Source: Callorhinchus milii (taxonomy: Eukaryota). From it: DNA of 52,040 nucleotides. The notes below the pieces were generated by a model, which had not been told where the DNA came from, searched no databases, and worked only from the letters and a program-made list of their open reading frames with translations. Of this stretch, positions 48,954 through 52,040 are shown one piece after another; the stretch's first letter is position 1, and each line of letters opens with the position of its first letter. A program made the position numbers and the translations under genes. Location of the stretch: the NCBI RefSeq assembly GCF_018977255.1, contig NW_024705355.1, forward strand, positions 1-52,040, read 5' to 3'.

Positions 48954-49529
48954 TATAACGGTAACATAAGGTCCCTGACACAAAGGGGTATCGGCCCCTT
49001 CCACCCGATACCCTGGGGCGGTATAGCCTCTGGGCAAGCGTGTCCTAATCACTGGACCACTTCTTCTATATATATAAGCCCTCCGGCTAGGGGGACCTAG
49101 GGAGGCTAGCTGACCCGACCCAGTCAAGGTCCTCGGGTCCGCCCACTGGCCCACTCGGTCCCAGCCCTTAGAAGGACGTTGAGTCCGGGGGTTCCCAGGG
49201 TCCTAGTCTAAGCTGGCTCTTTGGTCTTCAGCTTGACGACTGGCAAACCCGTTCAGAGGTCCGGCTTATATACAGCTCCCAGGGTCACTCCGCCTCTGGC
49301 CATGCCTACTCTCTGGAACCTTCCGGAGGGACCTGAACTATTGCGTAATCCCCAGCCCCCACTGGGGGCCTGGGGTGTGTACCTCCGGTTCCCAACCACC
49401 CTCTGGGTTCCCTGGCCTAACAGTGTTACTTGACACAGGCCTACTCGCCGTTGCCCCCTGTTGACCAATGGCTGACACTACACCAGGTAAGTTGTGGTAA
49501 CCGCGTGTAACGCTCACAATACCCACTAC
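48954..49529 (-). mobile_element. Possible solo LTR-like element
   Basis: Minus strand starts TGTAGTGG like the LTR at 1994, shares attggtcaac and has a TATA-like motif. GC-rich block of similar length, but no TSD found. Confidence 0.4.
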
Positions 49530-51720
49530 AGATGTGTAGTGATGCTAACACACGTTGTGACTTCTAAAAGCCTTCATTCATACACAGCGCTAACGATGCC
49601 CAGGGCTGGTTCTTGAGACTTGAGCTGTCTCCTCTCCAATGTCCTCCTCTCCTTGTGCTGTTCCCTTTTATACCTCCCAAGCCCCCTCTCTGGAAGCTTC
49701 TATCACCCCACTCCCTTCGGTCAATTCTGTACCTTCCCCACCAACGCTTCTCACCCTTGCTTCCCGCCTTTTACCTTTAAAATCTTTCCTCCAATCCCTT
49801 TCAATTTTGCCTCCCGAGCAATCATTGTGGAGGCCTTTTTGCACCAATGGGAAGCCTACTTCCCGATTGTTTGTCTGACTGTACACTTGTGTCAGGTAAG
49901 CTGTCTCTTACCTCGGTTATTACAGATGTTTACACCCCAGGCCAAACAACTCTATTAGACTTCCAGCTGAAAATGTGGCTCAACCGGCCTTGTGAATCAC
50001 AAGTAGTAGAGGCTGCGAAATGAAAAATAATAAAGTAGTGCATTTACATAGCCTCTGTATGTCAAGTGGCTGTGCACAACAGTGAGATACGGTCGTCACT
50101 GGAAGCATACATTTATCAAGATAGAACAAACAGTGACGATCGCAAATGAGTGAAGGTTGACTGGGACCTTCAACAAGGAAGCCTTGGGTGCGGGACGGAG
50201 AATGAGTGGAGGGGAGTAAAGGGAGACAGTAGGGACGATATAGGAGAGCACTGAGAGGTGAGTAAAATGAGGGAGAGGCAAGCAGGATCGACTGCATGGA
50301 GGATTTTGAAGACAGTGAAGGCGATATTGGCCTTGATCCAGAAATAAATCAGGAGCCAGTGGAGGATCAACACGATCACAGCATTTCCAAGAACAACGAC
50401 GAAAAAAAATTAGCACCGTTTACTCAAGACAAGACTGTCACACTTGATGAAGTCCAATGTCTCTGATGTATCATTATTAAACCGAGGTTTTCGTTTAATT
50501 GACATTGTGAACTTAGGCTTTTACATGCCGATGAGTCCCATAGGCAACACCACGGGATGAAGGGGACAGTGGGGGCTATCGCTCCCTCGACTGACTGGGA
50601 GTGAGTAACAGACTTCAGCCTCTATTCACGATCTCTGTGAACAGGGAGGTAGAAGCCAACAGTTAATTTAAACAACAGAATCCGTGACTTTTAAAGGAAC
50701 AATGTGCCTGCTAAAATACGATTGACATTCCTTTTTTGCTAATGTCAATCTTTGTATTTGTAAAATTGTGAAATAATGGGATCAAATCCCACCTATTGTT
50801 GATTATGGCTTCTCTCTCCATGGGTTTTCACAACAGGAATCGCGGAGAAATTATTTTATTCTATTGTAATTAAACTTAAAAATGTTTTAAATAAAAAAAC
50901 AATCATTTGTGTTAACATCCTCGAATGTGAATTTTGTTTTGGCCAACCAACAGGCCGGAAAGAAACAGCGTTACATTTTGGAGGTGATTACCGTGTGACA
51001 CATACACACATGCACAAAACTATTAACTTTTATATATGTATAAATATGATAATGTGTTTTCTTATACCATCATGTGATGAGTACCCATCTCCCAGCAGAG
51101 AGTGTGGGGCAGTGTGGTCCCTCGTGGGTACGAATAGTAAGACCACCCTGAGCGGTTTCCAGAAGATGCTCGGTGGAAACTCTTGTTCTGCCATTCTCTA
51201 CCACAAGATTAGTCGATTAGCAAGGTTGGCTACGTACGTTGCAAAAGAAGTTCAACATACATACATGCGTAAAGGCTCTCCGAGATTTCTAATGGGATTC
51301 TCAATCAAATAACCACTTGCCGATATGCATTAAGGATAACACTGAACATCAAACACTGGATTAACTCGGAAAAGAGGGGATATGGAACAAGTGGGAAGCA
51401 TGTTCCATCAGTCTTTGGTCGCTCACCGGGATTGTTCTCTCGCACTCTCCAAAGATAAACCACGGGGCTTCAAGCCACACTGGACGTTTCCACCATCCTC
51501 GGAGTCTGCAAAGATCGACAGATCCCATTCTATCCCTCTGTGCATCGACAGTATGGGGCAACGCATCCCTTAAATAGAGAGTAAATTAATTAATTGGCCA
51601 GCATGGAACATCTGCTAATATTGACAAGATAGGGGACCTGTTGACCGAAGAAGAGAACATTTATTATTTCCATCAGATACAGGCACGGCACGATGTCCCA
51701 CAGTCACACTTCTACAAGTA

Positions 51721-52040
51721 CTAGCGGTAAGTACCCGGCGTTGCCCGGGCGAAAAAGCAGACACACATGTAGTTACACACACAAATGCACTCACACATAC
51801 ATAGACTGAACAACAACAACGCCATTCGCCACTAAGTGGCGGTGACGTCACCACAACGCTTGTGCCAGGCTATGTGCACTTTGAGGCCACGTGAAGTGTC
51901 GAACGCCTGCGGCAGGAGGTCACGGGGCAAACCCAGATGGCACAGGTCGACTGACTGAGACGACTGGCTGATGCACCACCTGTGGCCCCTACTGTGGCAA
52001 CTTTGCTGTGCTTTAGCGCCCGGCGCTCCGCTCGTTGTTG
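51721..52040 (-). mobile_element. Helitron copy 3 (3' end) with RTE fragment, runs off the window
   Basis: Reverse complement of ~20725-21090, including the RTE 3' end, hairpin cccgggcaacgccggg and CTAG followed by T (51720). The flank is unrelated to those of copies 1 and 2. Confidence 0.85.

Noticed and set aside
50690..51575. Possible Kolobok/piggyBac element bounded by TTAA
   Set aside because: No convincing matching terminal inverted repeats.

Overview
Repeat-rich animal genomic DNA, most likely from a jawless vertebrate such as a lamprey (the taxon is inferred, not shown). Two gene systems lie on the minus strand. (1) A ~7.4 kb tandem duplication (2702-10105 and 10106-17574) carries two intact 7-exon zona pellucida (ZP)-domain genes. 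Each encodes 344 aa (signal peptide, ZP-N, ZP-C, RKRR furin site, EHP, TM), and the ZP-C domain has lost both cysteines of the C5-C7 disulfide. (2) A ~17 kb CARD-FISNA-NACHT-LRR (NLR) gene spans 28112-44935. Its LRR region is built from alternating 87/84-nt phase-2 exons amplified as ~2.1-2.3 kb two-exon cassettes. The CARD and NACHT exons are frameshifted, possibly through long-read indel errors. Mobile DNA includes three copies of a non-autonomous Helitron carrying a dead RTE-LINE fragment; the ends of two copies map to the exact junction of the ZP duplication. There is also a 5'-truncated RTE LINE with a TSD, a solo LTR with a 4-bp TSD and an in-window empty site, PIF/Harbinger MITEs, and L2/SINE relics. 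Eleven Penelope-like hammerhead ribozyme motifs occur at eight loci, several in palindromic insertions and several in sense orientation within NLR introns. All alignments and translations were done by eye.
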